A stretch of DNA of 61,060 nucleotides, the filler included, from Circinaria calcarea (lineage: Eukaryota), in assembly GCA_051942165.1 (NCBI GenBank). It is 13 parts of 13 records of this genome, joined end to end, with 100 filler letters (N's around TTAATTAATTAA, not from the genome) between each part and the next. Parts side by side here need not be neighbours in the genome. Positions count along the whole stretch, not along the records: positions 47,086 to 51,684 come from JAVECS010002261.1; positions 51,785 to 56,378 come from JAVECS010002262.1; positions 56,479 to 61,060 come from JAVECS010002263.1; 10 more parts are not named here. The stretch is one strand, 5' to 3'. The notes below the pieces were generated by a model. The model made no database searches. It was not told where the DNA came from and worked only from the letters and a program-made list of their open reading frames with translations. A program made the translations under genes and the position numbers. Position 1 is the stretch's first letter; each line of letters begins with the position of its first letter. Below, piece after piece: positions 49,503 to 61,060 of this stretch.

Positions 49503-49511
49503 TTATCAGAT
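49503..49511 (-). promoter_or_regulatory. SreA-type GATA site ATCTGATAA upstream of hapX
   Basis: TTATCAGAT on + strand equals consensus ATCWGATAA, ~170 bp upstream of the hapX ATG. Confidence 0.7.
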
Positions 49512-49932
49512 ATCGCTAAACCTCAACTGCCGATGCCGAACCAGACATCCCTGCCGTCGATCCCGGACCTTACTCCGTGCCGAGGTATCCTAGTAATACA
49601 ACCACGAGTTGAGTTTTGTCTTTCATCCATGAACACCCTCTTCACAACCCTCGTTCTTAACGGAGCACTGTGAGTGCTTGGGGATGTATGTACACTTCTA
49701 AGGCCAAGACAGCCTTACAGCACCTGTACTCTACCGCTATGAGGCAGGTAACTTAGAGTGTCGATGTAACGTTGAACCGCAGGAATACGCTCTTCTTAGC
49801 TTTGGGGGATCAAGACGCGATTCAAAGGTCAATATACTGACTGATATAAGATTACTTTGGTATTGCTGGATCAGGTCTACCTCTATGACCCTCTCTTGAG
49901 TTCCCAAGTTTCTCTCCCACCACACCAAGGCC

Positions 49933-51270
49933 ATGCTGTTATTGGATCTCCCAAACGAGAGTTTGCACCTAATACTAGCTTTTGTTGAGCGTGCAGACAT
50001 TTTGAATGTTGCCTTGTGCAGTCAGCTTCTACGTGGTCACTCCGAACGGCGCATTTTGCAGCTGAGGTACGGTGAACTTAAAACCGGAGGCCTGTCTGAC
50101 TGGGAAGTGAGATGGGCGCCAAATGTACGGCGGAGTCCGCTTAAGGCACTTTACGAGATCATTTTGAATCTGGCCATTATTCCGCATGTTTCTTCTCTTG
50201 AATTTCTTCACCCCGGTTCGCAACACTGGAGGAATGAAACATTGCCATTCCCTGCCATTTCTGGTACTATTCTCCCGGCTTTATCCAAGTGCAAATACCT
50301 CGATGATGATGAAATCGAATCATATTCAGGAGCCATTCTCGGTGTCGAAGGTCAAGACATTGCATTTGCCTTCCTCCTAACACTTTTACCTAATCTCAAA
50401 GAGCTCATACTCCATAACATCCCTGGTCCGCGGACAACAACGATGGTCTATAAGATTGTCAGGCGTACCCATAATTCCAAAGGCCCTCACGCGTTGGGCA
50501 GGCTCAAATCCCTTAGTTTGTGGGCTGGGGAGCGGGGATATTACCGACTCCCATTGGCCACCTCTTTTGCCCAATTGCCTTCGTTGCGAGAAATGTCCGG
50601 TCTCCTCTGGCAGGAGGTTGGAGCGATTAGCAAAGAACTGTCGTCGTCCAGTCCGCATACCTCAGGTGTGGAAACTATCCGGGTATAAGAGTCTCATGTT
50701 GAACCGAACCACTGTCTTCCATTTTTGGCCGGATTCCGAAATTTGCGTGAATTCAGTCTCAGTGTACACGGGGGACGGCCATGGGAAGCCAACGCTTATC
50801 GTGAGGCTCTTCTCGAACACGCCGGAGATACTTTGGAACACTTGCATATCTCTGGAAATTTCTCCAGGTTGACGCCAACGTTCATTGGATCTCTCCGAGG
50901 GTTCAAGGTACTCAAACGCATCGTTCTATGTTACCCCCAAATTGTCAATGGTAGGACCACTCAAAGGCTAGTTGACATTTTACCCGCTTCTACAGAAACT
51001 TTGGGATTACTAGACGTCAAGCATCGTTTTGGTTACGGAGATGGCGGCCCTCAACCTGAATTTGCCAGACTGTTTGCCGATTTACCAGAGCTTAAAGCCG
51101 AGTACCTGCCCAATTTTGGAAAAATAGAATGCCTCCATGCTGTTGAGGAATCTGTTCTGACTGTATGTCAAGCAGCTAATATAAATTTCTATCGCGTGCA
51201 CGTGGAACGTATAGAGGATAGGACGCAGACGATAATCCTGCGTCATCCCCCTAGGGACAATCGCATATAA
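49933..51270 (+). pseudogene. F-box/LRR-like protein with single in-frame TAA at 50686-50688
   Basis: LLDLPNESLHLILAFV F-box; LLTLLPNLKEL; the two track ORFs share a frame: ETIRV*ESHVEPNHCLPFLAGFRNLREF; FIGSLRGFKVLK, RLVDILPASTETL. Confidence 0.7.
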
Positions 51271-53803
51271 AATCCAGCACATGGTGTCTAGCAGGCTGCC
51301 GAGGACTTCAAACCAGGTGCAGAGACCGTACCAGGACGCATGTATATCGGAACACGATAGGGCCTACCATGGTCAGCTAAGATCTTTGTTACCGTTCTCT
51401 AGGAAAACTGCCAAAGACATAAGACCAGCTGCAACGACTCACAACCAAAATGCATACATGCTGCCAAGGCGATACGATGATCCTGGTTATGTGAAAACTT
51501 CTATAGTTCTCACCCTATAGTCAGATACCTTACTCAAAGCCTACCACTCCCTACTTCATGCCCTTACCCTTTGCATATCTCCATTTAATAACTCCCGTCA
51601 CCGCTCCCCGCTCCCCGCTCCCCGCTCCTCGCTCACCTACTCCATCAAGCCCCATCCCATCTGATCCGCGTACCCCTTCTAGCCNNNNNNNNNNNNNNNN
51701 NNNNNNNNNNNNNNNNNNNNNNNNNNNNTTAATTAATTAANNNNNNNNNNNNNNNNNNNNNNNNNNNNNNNNNNNNNNNNNNNNGGTAAATAAATAGTAA
51801 GAGCACTTATTAAGCGAGCTTCCCTTAATAATCGAGAACTGACATTTGAGAATATTATGGCTTCTTAATCAGCTTAGTATGCTGACGGGGAGTCTCCCCC
51901 GTAAAAGAGTGCCTCCTATTAGTGATAAATCAATTTAATACATGTATACACGCGCTTCGCGGATTTAATTCCGCAACTATGGTAAGCTTGCTTTGTCTAC
52001 GCTTGGTAGAGAGCTAGACCCTTAATACGTAAACCCAACCGAGCTACTCTCGTATGCATAGATACCTAAAACTCCATCAATCAAACTCCCCCCACCACAA
52101 CACAGGGAAAAAACGTCCGCGTTAGATGAACTCATCTCAGCGACCAAAATAGGTAGGGATGAAGGCGCTTAGGCGGCCTGTCTCATGACCGTTCTTAACC
52201 GCTGTTATACTTTTTGTGAGGAGGTGAGTGGTGTACGTACTAAACAGGAGGGGTGTTGTGTGTGGAAGTTCTTTCTGTATTGTAGATTACCGGTTTAGAA
52301 AATTCTAGTCATACTGGCGGACCGATTCGTATATGGGTGCGGGAATTTCCCTTTTTGCCAAACGATTCGTTCCCATCAAGAAAAAGGTTCTCACCACTCG
52401 TTGCACGAGCTGGGATGATATGGTAGTACCAACTCACGGAATTTTGAGATCAAGGTTATGAGCATGCAGGAGGTGTTTCTCACGTTCGGGAGAGGTTGTA
52501 TATAGGGAAGGGAGTTCTTCAAGAGAAAGAGAAAAGTCGCCACTGCGGCTTTTCGGATTCCTTATTCCAAAGAGGGGGAAAGAGGGGGGGAGAATATGGC
52601 AAGCATTACAGAGTCAGCTATGGAATAGCTGGAGATTACGCCATGGGGCGGACAAATGCTAGAATAGGGATAGGAGGTTTACTTACTTTATGCAAAAGGT
52701 GAATTAGGACCGGTAGTATATAAATACACCACGAGTATTCTGAACTGGCAGTGGAAAAACTGGCTACCAGTCTTAAAGGGGTTCTGGTGGAGTTAAAGGC
52801 GGTTGGCTTTAGGATTGGAGTTTCTTTCGGAGGGTGTAAACTGTAGTGAGGTGGATTGACATTGTCTTCACTAGTTCTAGTTTCTAATGGATGACCTCTC
52901 CCGTCCTCCGGAACCTAAGATACCTACTTAACCTCTTTGACATGGCTGTTCGCCCAATTAACATCCTGATGGAACGCGTCGAGAGAGATACACACATTGG
53001 CCCGGAGTCGGTGATACTGTGTTCAAATCAGGAGGATCTTGAAATGGTTGGAGGGTTAGGTTGGGTATGAGGATTTTTCATCCGAGGGGTAGGAGCTTTG
53101 TGTGGTTCAGGTGATAGGGAGGGGTTGGATCAACTGAGGTTTGGGGAAGAAGGGAGGGGGTAGGAACGTTAGGGGATTGGTGAGAAACTGGGAAAAGGTG
53201 GAGGAGATTTGCATAGAGAAACGGGAGTAGGATTGAGGTGGTGTGGATGATGTTGGGGGGAGCTGGAGAGGAATAGGGACTTGGATGATTGTAGATAGTG
53301 CATGAGGGGTTTGGGGAGGTAGATGCTAGGCATTCGGCCGGGCAAGGTTCCAGGCCGGAATTGGGAGTCGGACTGGAATTATAAAGCAGTTGCATTCGGG
53401 AGCGTGGATGATGTTTGGATTTGGGGTTTTGGGGAAGATGAGTCAAACTATAAAGTTAGGTACGGGAACATTGGTATCGAAGGGACCAGCGAAGGTGTCG
53501 AGAGAAGAAAAGCGGGCATGAAGGGGTATATGATAGAAAAGAGACTAAGGCGTAAACATAAAAGTAACCAAAAGACGAACGAGCTGTGGACAACCCCATC
53601 CCAAGGTGATATGGAATCATTATGCTAAGCTGCTATTGATAGCTCCGTACACTAATCCCATAAATTCTGTTCCTGCTACTTGGCCGAACAATTGCCTCAA
53701 TGTCGGAAAGTCGATAATGATAATTTGACTGCTATCTAGAACCTCAACAATAACAGCGGAAAGAAATCTCACGAAAACAAAGCATATCCCCAAAGCCGTC
53801 TCT

Positions 53804-56164
53804 TCAGTCCTGGCGCTCAACTGCATCTTCAAATTCGTCCTCCTCAACATCAGATCCGTTGTGAAGACCAGCACTGATAGCCACCGGATCCACACTCCCT
53901 ACAAACTCCATAAAGGCGTTGAATAACTGAAGATCACGGCCAGCACGTTTCCGAGCGACGTCCAGGGCAGTGAGACCGTCAGACCTCTTGTGGTAGATAT
54001 CACGAGTTGCTAAGTGGGCGTTGGTGAGTAGTCGAAGAGATTCGAGGTCTGCATTCTCCGCGACTAGATGGAGAAATGAGCCATACTCATAGATTTCCCC
54101 AATATGGTCAGCACCACATTGGAGGAGTAGGGTTAGTGCTGAATGACTATTATTTTCCACAGCGTATGAAAGCGCGGTAGTACCATCCACTGTTTTGATG
54201 TGGAGATTAGCGCCTAATTCAATGAGTCTCATAGCGACTCTGTTATTATTTTTAACAATGGCGTATATCAAAGACGATACTCCATCACCCTTCATCAAAG
54301 CATTAATGTCAACTTGATGAGAGAGTAAACAGTCAAGTAACCCCACATCGTCCGATTTCCCAGCTAACCGATGCAATGGGCCTACGCATTGGGTATTGGT
54401 GGTGTTCACATTGGCCCCATGATCAAGGAGAAGTTGCACACATAACCTGGATCCAGATTGTACTGCATAGGATAAGGGTGTATTTCCAAATCTGTCAGCT
54501 TTGTGTACATTAGCTCCATGATGAAGTAACAACTCAAGTGCCCTGAGATCTCCCCTCTGTGAACTCCAGGAAAGGGCCGTTCGATCATCAATGTCAACCG
54601 CATCTATTAAGAATGGACATTGCCGGAGTACATCTGCCAAACCGACGGAGTTGAGTCCGAGAACTGCTTTGTGTGTTGACTTAAATTGGTATTTCTCAAC
54701 GTTTGGATTTGGAAACATGGATTGGAGAGCATCCACGATGGCCGAACTGACGGTTGTGCCAAGTATTGCCGTCCATGCAGTATCGTGGGGAGTTCTATAC
54801 CATTAAAATTCGTAAGCTTCTATGAAGTAATCTTACGGATTAGATAGTACAAGGTATATATAGCTTAACCCTACATCTGGCGGATATTTTCACTAAAAGG
54901 GTCCGCACCTGCATCAAGCAGCACCTTGCAGATCTCAACGTTTTGGGTTCTTATGGCTTGCTGAATAGGATCACCCGCTTAGTATACGTTTGCGAAAAAG
55001 GGGATATATAATACATACATCTAAAGGCGTACAATAATAACAACTATCAACAACATACGGAGAACCCTCCCGTAAGGCGAGTAATGACTTTAGACCCTTA
55101 ACATCCCCAGCACGACACAATCGGAATATTTTGGCATCAATCCAAACGATCTGCGAGACTCTAAGACTTTGATTTAAACCATCAGGTCTTGAGATATACG
55201 CGATCATTTCTAGTGCACGGGTCATAAACCATCCAGGAAAGTAGTATTTGATGTGGATGACAGGGCCCGACTTTTGTGGGCAAGTTTGTTTGTCACACTT
55301 GGGACTGAGCAACGGCAACCCGGTATAGCCTACAAAGAGAAGCCCAAGGAAGTCTTTCAGAACCGGTGGGCTTCTCCACGTAGAACGTTGGTGGCAGCAG
55401 CATGTGCAATCCGGTGTGCATGTCCCATTACATCTCTGCCGGACAGAAAGAATCTGCAGGCCCCAACTTCCAGTATATGCTCTTTCCTGGTTGGCCGTAT
55501 TTCGAGTTGTCGACATAGATACTGGAAAAAGTTGTCTTGCGGTGAAGGTTGCCGAGAGCCCGTTAAGGTTTCTTTCCATTCTTGCTTGACCTGCAATGAT
55601 TTCAGACATGGCTCTTTCGGTATTTTCCTGCCTTGAAACTGCCTGAGCCACCCCTTGCTGATCATGAAATTGGTCGCTGATAAAACGCAGCTCCGCAACC
55701 TGGAATTCGACCCTGAGGGTAGCCTTGGCAGCCAAAATTCCTACCAGAGCTCCAAGACTCAGTCTTGTTGAGCGGATATCTTCTCGGATATCGAGCACCG
55801 TTTTCTGTTCTCGTACCCATGCTAATCGGTTGAGCTTAGCTTCACCACTTGGGCCATCTGGAGTCGTCAGTTTGTATTGAACTAGAGATTCCAATTCCAG
55901 CAGCTTCTCTTTTGCTCGACCTAGCATGAGTCCAAGGCTCGTGAGCAGACGGTCTGTTCTCAAATGCGCTGAAGTACTCTCATGATGTTCTTGAAATAGC
56001 TGACTGATCTCAAGGACTATGAGATGAAGGTCTGACACCTCGTTGTTAAGTGCTAGTAATGCATCTGGCGCATTCTTCGAAGTGACCTGTCTCAAAGCAC
56101 TTGCAAGACTCCCACCAGAACCTAAAATTGTGAGAACAGCGACTGATATAGACAAAGGATCCAT
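53804..56164 (-). CDS. HeLo-like N-terminal domain + Cys/His-rich domain + ankyrin repeats, 3 exons
   Basis: MDPLSISVAVLTIL..LALNNEVSDL; CTPDCTCCCH..KYYFPGWF; intron 55018-54961 and a second at ~54874-54795 join the two long ORFs; several ankyrin repeats (GNTPLSYAV, GTTALSYAV). Confidence 0.85.
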
Positions 56165-56478
56165 ATATCCCGTTTCGGAAGGTATGAGTCAAAGTGAACA
56201 GGTAAATCTGGTGTTGCACAAATAGTTGTCGTCGTGAAATATCTAATCTTCAGATGTGGAATGACTTTATGCTTCATCGATATCTAGAGCTGTTGAAACT
56301 ATTGCCAACAGGCGATTGCAAGGAAAACGCCTTTTCGCAGAGATGCCAAAGGATCTTATGGAGGCGCCCGGAGAGCTCNNNNNNNNNNNNNNNNNNNNNN
56401 NNNNNNNNNNNNNNNNNNNNNNTTAATTAATTAANNNNNNNNNNNNNNNNNNNNNNNNNNNNNNNNNNNNNNNNNNNN

Positions 56479-57829
56479 GGGCTGTAGACCAGCTGCTGAT
56501 GCTTGCTTTACAAGGTCTTCAGCTCGAGTCATATCTTGATAGGAACTGTTGGTACAGCTCCCGATCAGCCCAGCACCGAAAGCCTCAGGCCATTGGTTGG
56601 TCTCCACAGCTTTCTTGAACAGTGAAAGCGGCGTCGAGAGGTCAGGGGTGAAAGGGCCGTTGATATGAGGTTCAAGGGTTGAAAGGTCGATGACAATATG
56701 TTCGTCATATTCTGCACCGGTATCCGCTTTGAGAAGGTTGTTCCGTCCGGGATCAGCTGCAATTGACGCAGCGGTTTTGGCAATGGGCCCACGATGTGTA
56801 GATTCCAAATAGGGTATCATGCTCGACGTGAATGGGAAAAGTGATGTTGTAGCGCCCACTTCCGCCCCCATATTACAGATTGTAGCCATGCCAGTGCAGC
56901 TAAGCGTTTCCACTCCGGATCCAAAGTACTCTACAACGAATCCAGTACCACCCCGGACTGTCAAGAGGCCAGCAAGCTTGAGAATGACATCTTTTGGAGC
57001 AGCCCAGCCACTCAAGCTTCCCTTCAACTCGACTCCCAAGATTCTCGGTGCCTTCAACTCCCAAGGTGCGTCTACGAGAGCATCGACTGCGTCAGCACCA
57101 CCAACGCCAATGGCAATGGCGCCCAGTCCTCCAGCATTCGGTGTATGGCTATCGGTACCCAGCATCATGAGCCCTGGAGCAGCATAGTTTTCAAGGACTG
57201 TTTGATGTATGATGCCTGCCCCTGGGGGCCAGAACTCAATTCCATATTTCTTCGCCGCCGACTCGAGAAAGTCAAACACCTCCTTGTTGCCAGTGATAGA
57301 TGCAGGAAGATCAACATCTGCACCCCGTTCGCCGACTATCATGTGGTCACAGTGTATGCTAGCCGGAACTGCGGTGGATGGGAGGCCACACGACATGAAC
57401 TGCAGAAGTGCCATTTGCGCCGATGCATCTTGCATAGCAACTCTATCGGGTTTGAGCTTGAGATTGGCATTCCCACGTACTTTGGTTCCATTTTGTGTGT
57501 TTGACAGCAGAGACTCTTCTGGGCTTTCGAGATGGGAGTATAGAATTTTCTCAGCGAGCGTCAGACGACGACTTGTGCCAAGCACCCTCCGAGCGTCTGA
57601 TAATTTTTTAAGTATCCGAGGGTAGGGCGGAGTTCCTGAGGCGAGATTGGAGTGAGCTGGCGTATTAGAGCTTGTCGTAACCGTCGCCAGATTTCGGTGA
57701 CAACCCGACTGGCTTCGATATGTGAGGGATCTGTACTGCCAAATATTAGCATAATTACCATCAAGTGAGTCTAGGCAAGCGTACTTTTGATGGGTAGCAA
57801 CCCTTCCATCGAAAGGCTGCTGGGCGCAT
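56479..57829 (-). CDS. ACO2: Mitochondrial aconitase-family protein, Aco2/AcoB (homocitrate dehydratase) type, 3'-truncated
   Basis: Presequence MRPAAFRWK..|YRSL, LTLAEKILYSHL, DRVAMQDASAQMA, SIHCDH, GTDSHTPNAGGLG, CNMGAE, GSCTNSSY; the insert EESLLSN..RGNANLKL is typical of Aco2. Confidence 0.88.
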
Positions 57830-58335
57830 TATGCGGTCTTGGTGATCGGAAGTTCGCAGGGATAATCAGTATGTTAGGGCTAAAATTCTCTCCGTAGCTT
57901 AAGTTCTACTGTACATAAACGAAATCTGACCGGCACCGATTGTAAGTTAGGTCTATACACTCTCAATTCAGCCAAAGATTTGAAGCCATGGCTATCTAAC
58001 TCAACCCCGAAGAAACTGAAATCACGTTATAATTACTTCTGGTACGGCCTTTAACGGTGAATGCAGATTGTAATGTCAGGTCAAGCCCAAATATAATATA
58101 GCTATAGTAGGTAACCGCTTCCCGATCTCAAACTAGATCCATTCGTCCCTCTGGAGCCTGAACTATCTGTTTATGCTGCAAGAAATGCCCGAAGAAACCC
58201 CCTCGCAATAAGAAAACAATTGGAGCAATATAATGCATTGAACAGCTTAAAACTAATGACCCTCAATTTTGCCCCATGGCCATTTAGTACGCCAATCTAC
58301 CGCTATGCAGGTTCGTCTGATTTTATGCCATGCTT

Positions 58336-59198
58336 TTATGCCACCATAACAAGACCTACAGCCCCCACGACGATTGCGGCGTACGAGCCAACGTGGACTT
58401 GAGAAGCAGCGCCAGTAAAGACAGCAGATGTGCCAGACGCGGTACCCGAAGGAGCAGTGCGTGTTGAAGGGGCGATAGGTGATCCTGTGGCCCCAGAGGC
58501 CGATCCAGTCCCAGATCCTAACGTTGTAGTTGCAAACCCTGTGGAGCCTATCGCTGTGTTTGTGCTACGAAAACCTGTTAGCATACCATCAAGCCATCCA
58601 AGTTGAGCTCAATGTACCTGACAGCGGTCGTCAACACACAGGAGCAGGATGAATCATAGAACGTCGAAGTGTAGACAATAGTGTCGTTACCGGCTCCATA
58701 CGGAGCGGACATGGTATATGAAGATGTATACCCGCTAGTGATAGAAGCAGATCCGGACGAAGTCGTTGTAGTCTGCGAGATCGATGTAGTCGAAGCAGAA
58801 GCCGACCTAGAGATAGTAGTCCCCGAAGCTGAAGCAGTGGCTGTTGAAGCATGTCAGCGAAGGAAAGAAGAATCCTGCGATGTAGTGCTCAACTTACGGA
58901 CTGTCTTGCCAGCCGCAGCGCAGACACTCTTGAAAGCATCCATAGCTGCACTGGTGTTATCACCGCAGAGGCTCTGGATCTGAGACTGGACCTTCGAGGC
59001 GTTGACCCCACAGACAGTGTCGAGATCGCCCGGTTTGGGCTCGGTACTACGCCACCATTAGCATAGAGTCGCCCTCATACACTGATCTGGGTGTTCTTAC
59101 TTTACAGCTGCCAGCAGGCAGGCAGGTGGAGCAGCGACTGCAACATGTGCAGAAGTTGCGAGAAGGGCAAAGAAAAGGATTGACTTTGCGGCGAACAT
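58336..59198 (-). CDS. GPI-anchored Ser/Thr-rich cell-wall protein with small Cys domain, multi-exon
   Basis: Signal peptide MFAAKSILFFALLATSAHVAVA, PPACLLAAV, TVCG..SLCG..FKSVC, S/T-rich stalk, hydrophobic tail FTGAAS..AAIVVGAVGLVMVA*. Confidence 0.85.
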
Positions 59199-59956
59199 CT
59201 TGGACTTTCTGGTGTAGATAAAGACTGGTTTGAAAAGGTGAGAAGGGGGTAAGAAAAGAATGAGAATGTACAAATTGATTAAAGAATGAGAGATGCTAAA
59301 GAGCGACTGTGGTCAAAAGGGAAAGAGCTCCAAATGAGTGTGATTGGAAAGCGATTGCCGTTGTTGTTGTTGCGGTTCGTTTGCGGATGAGAAGGTTTGA
59401 AGTTAAAGGAGAACCCAGCGCGCTAGAAGAAGCTAAAAATAGGCCAGGGGCTAAATCGCACCTCACTTCGGTTCTCTACCTCATGTCAATCAGGAGCCTT
59501 ACAGACCAAGTCCACACACTTGACACAATGTGGAATGGTCTGAAGACCAGCTTTACCAATGTGTAATCGGATCCAAAGATGAATGTACAGAAGGGAGAAG
59601 TGGATCTATTGTCCTTCGGATAATATGGAAGGTTGGCATCAGCTATCGTCAAAGCTTTCCTATGCATACATGTTCTAGCTTCAGCCCATCTATGAATACG
59701 GTCATAGATGCTCTCCTATGCACACAACTTGATGTAGTACCAAAACTGCTAGTGTTAGGCTTCTGGGTCTCTAGATGAAGCCCGTCAAATTGCCATCTCT
59801 ACCGCAAGTCTCATAAGTTATCTTCCTATCTGGACATTTAGACGAGAATGTGGTACTCGGTTAAAACTCTTTACGGAATCAAGAGATTTGGATTTCACTC
59901 CGCGGTGCCACTTAACAGGCTGGATACTCTAAGATACTACACCACTCATCATAATC

Positions 59957-61060
59957 ATGGAGACAGAACTACGGATCGCAGAGGTGCCCACAAACTGTAT
60001 ACTCTACTTGAAGAAGCCAGACGAAGTAAGCCCTTTACAGCTTACCGCAGCGCAAATGGATAAAGGGGCCCTTGACCATCCAGTTCTAGTCGTGGAAACG
60101 TTCGCATCGGAACGAGAAGTCGAGGTTTGCCTTGTAGGTCTATACTCATGGCTCACACTATCATACTAACAATACTAATAAAATTACCCAAAGCTTACCA
60201 CTTTCAAAGGTCGAACCATCAATCAGCGATTTCCTAATGCTTCAGCGGAGTTTCTACTCCAATATGTAGCTATCTTCCCTCAGAAGCCTGTTGAAGATGG
60301 TGGCCATCAACTAGAGATTACCGGGCAGTACAATGTCAAGGGCGGCTATTTGGATATCACCCGTAGCTTTAGAGTGTCTATTGACATGCTCAGATACTAT
60401 AGCGGCCCACCTGCTGAACGCGTGAAGCTCACACCTCGAAGCTTCAGCGTGGTACTAACTCATACACGCGGACCACGTCGCTGTGTATTTTGGGATCGTA
60501 ATGGACTCAGAAGCCATCCAAAGCACGCCAGATCCTCCTTAGCAGCTGTCAAGCTGCCGTTATCTCGGTCCAGAATAGACCCATCCATTTCGCAGATACC
60601 ACTCCTCGCTACCAAAGAAATGCTAAGCTCGGAAATGGGGTCATCTATCGCAAAACCTATGCTAGCTAAGGACGATAAAATTAATGATGCGCCGATCACT
60701 CCGGCATCGACCACTCCGGCATCGACCACTCCAGCATCGACCACTTCAGCATCGACCACTTCAGCATCGACGACGCCAGCATCGACCACTTTACCTAGCG
60801 TGCCAGTTGATTTTCAGAGCATGGAAGGTATACATTTTGGAACTAACGAGGATCCTTCAAACAAAATCATCTATGGTGTTCTGAAGTCCACCGCTCTTGA
60901 GTTAAGGAGGCACATCTTGAAGCTTCTGCCTGGAGGGTCTCATCCCGTATCCCAAGCTGCGAACCACTTTCTTGTGCTGTGCACAATGCAGGCTATGACC
61001 GGGAGGTGGTGGGCGGGCGAGAAGGGCTTCACCTCCCGCATCATTACCATGAAGAGCTAC
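59957..61060 (+). CDS. Hypothetical protein with PemK/MazF-like N-terminal motif pattern, 3'-truncated
   Basis: CILYL..HPVLVV..VEVCL|LTTFKG..YVAIFP..GYLDI; intron ~60134-60193; frame open to window end. Confidence 0.6.
60698..60790 (+). repeat. Coding 15-bp tandem repeat (T[P/S]AST) x6
   Basis: ACTCCGGCATCGACC-type units in frame with the 59957 gene. Confidence 0.9.

Noticed and set aside
51785..53620. Strand-skewed, partly AT-rich region with short ORFs
   Set aside because: No recognisable domain, TIR or LTR. Possibly a decayed gene or TE, but not supportable.
1..61060. Alternative genetic code as the explanation for in-frame stops
   Set aside because: Three different stop codons are involved and core genes show no internal stops.

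Overview
This is not one contiguous locus. It is 13 unrelated ~4.6 kb contigs (4617 down to 4582 bp, sorted by length) joined by 100-bp artificial linkers (N44-TTAATTAATTAA-N44), so adjacency is meaningful only within a contig. Short GT-AG introns with CTAAC/CTGAC branch points and the gene content indicate a filamentous ascomycete (Pezizomycotina). Core genes recognised: a HAM1/DUF4449-family gene, TBF1, UBA1, a GH125, UBP6, HOM6, hapX (with an upstream SreA site) and ACO2. Accessory genes include ankyrin, F-box and small secreted proteins. Best leads: (1) a ~3 kb ORF-free, highly foldable + strand region beside UBP6 with the element order of a fungal telomerase RNA; (2) a divergent GlnA4-type gamma-glutamyl ligase + Rv2857c-type SDR pair mirroring an actinobacterial amine-catabolism operon; (3) a secreted ADP-ribosyl-cyclase-like protein broken by one in-frame TAG, one of three accessory genes with a single in-frame stop; (4) a possible non-AUG, NLS-bearing extension of UBA1; (5) a TA-flanked MITE and a ~113 bp element shared by two contigs. 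All family assignments come from motif recognition by eye, not database searches.
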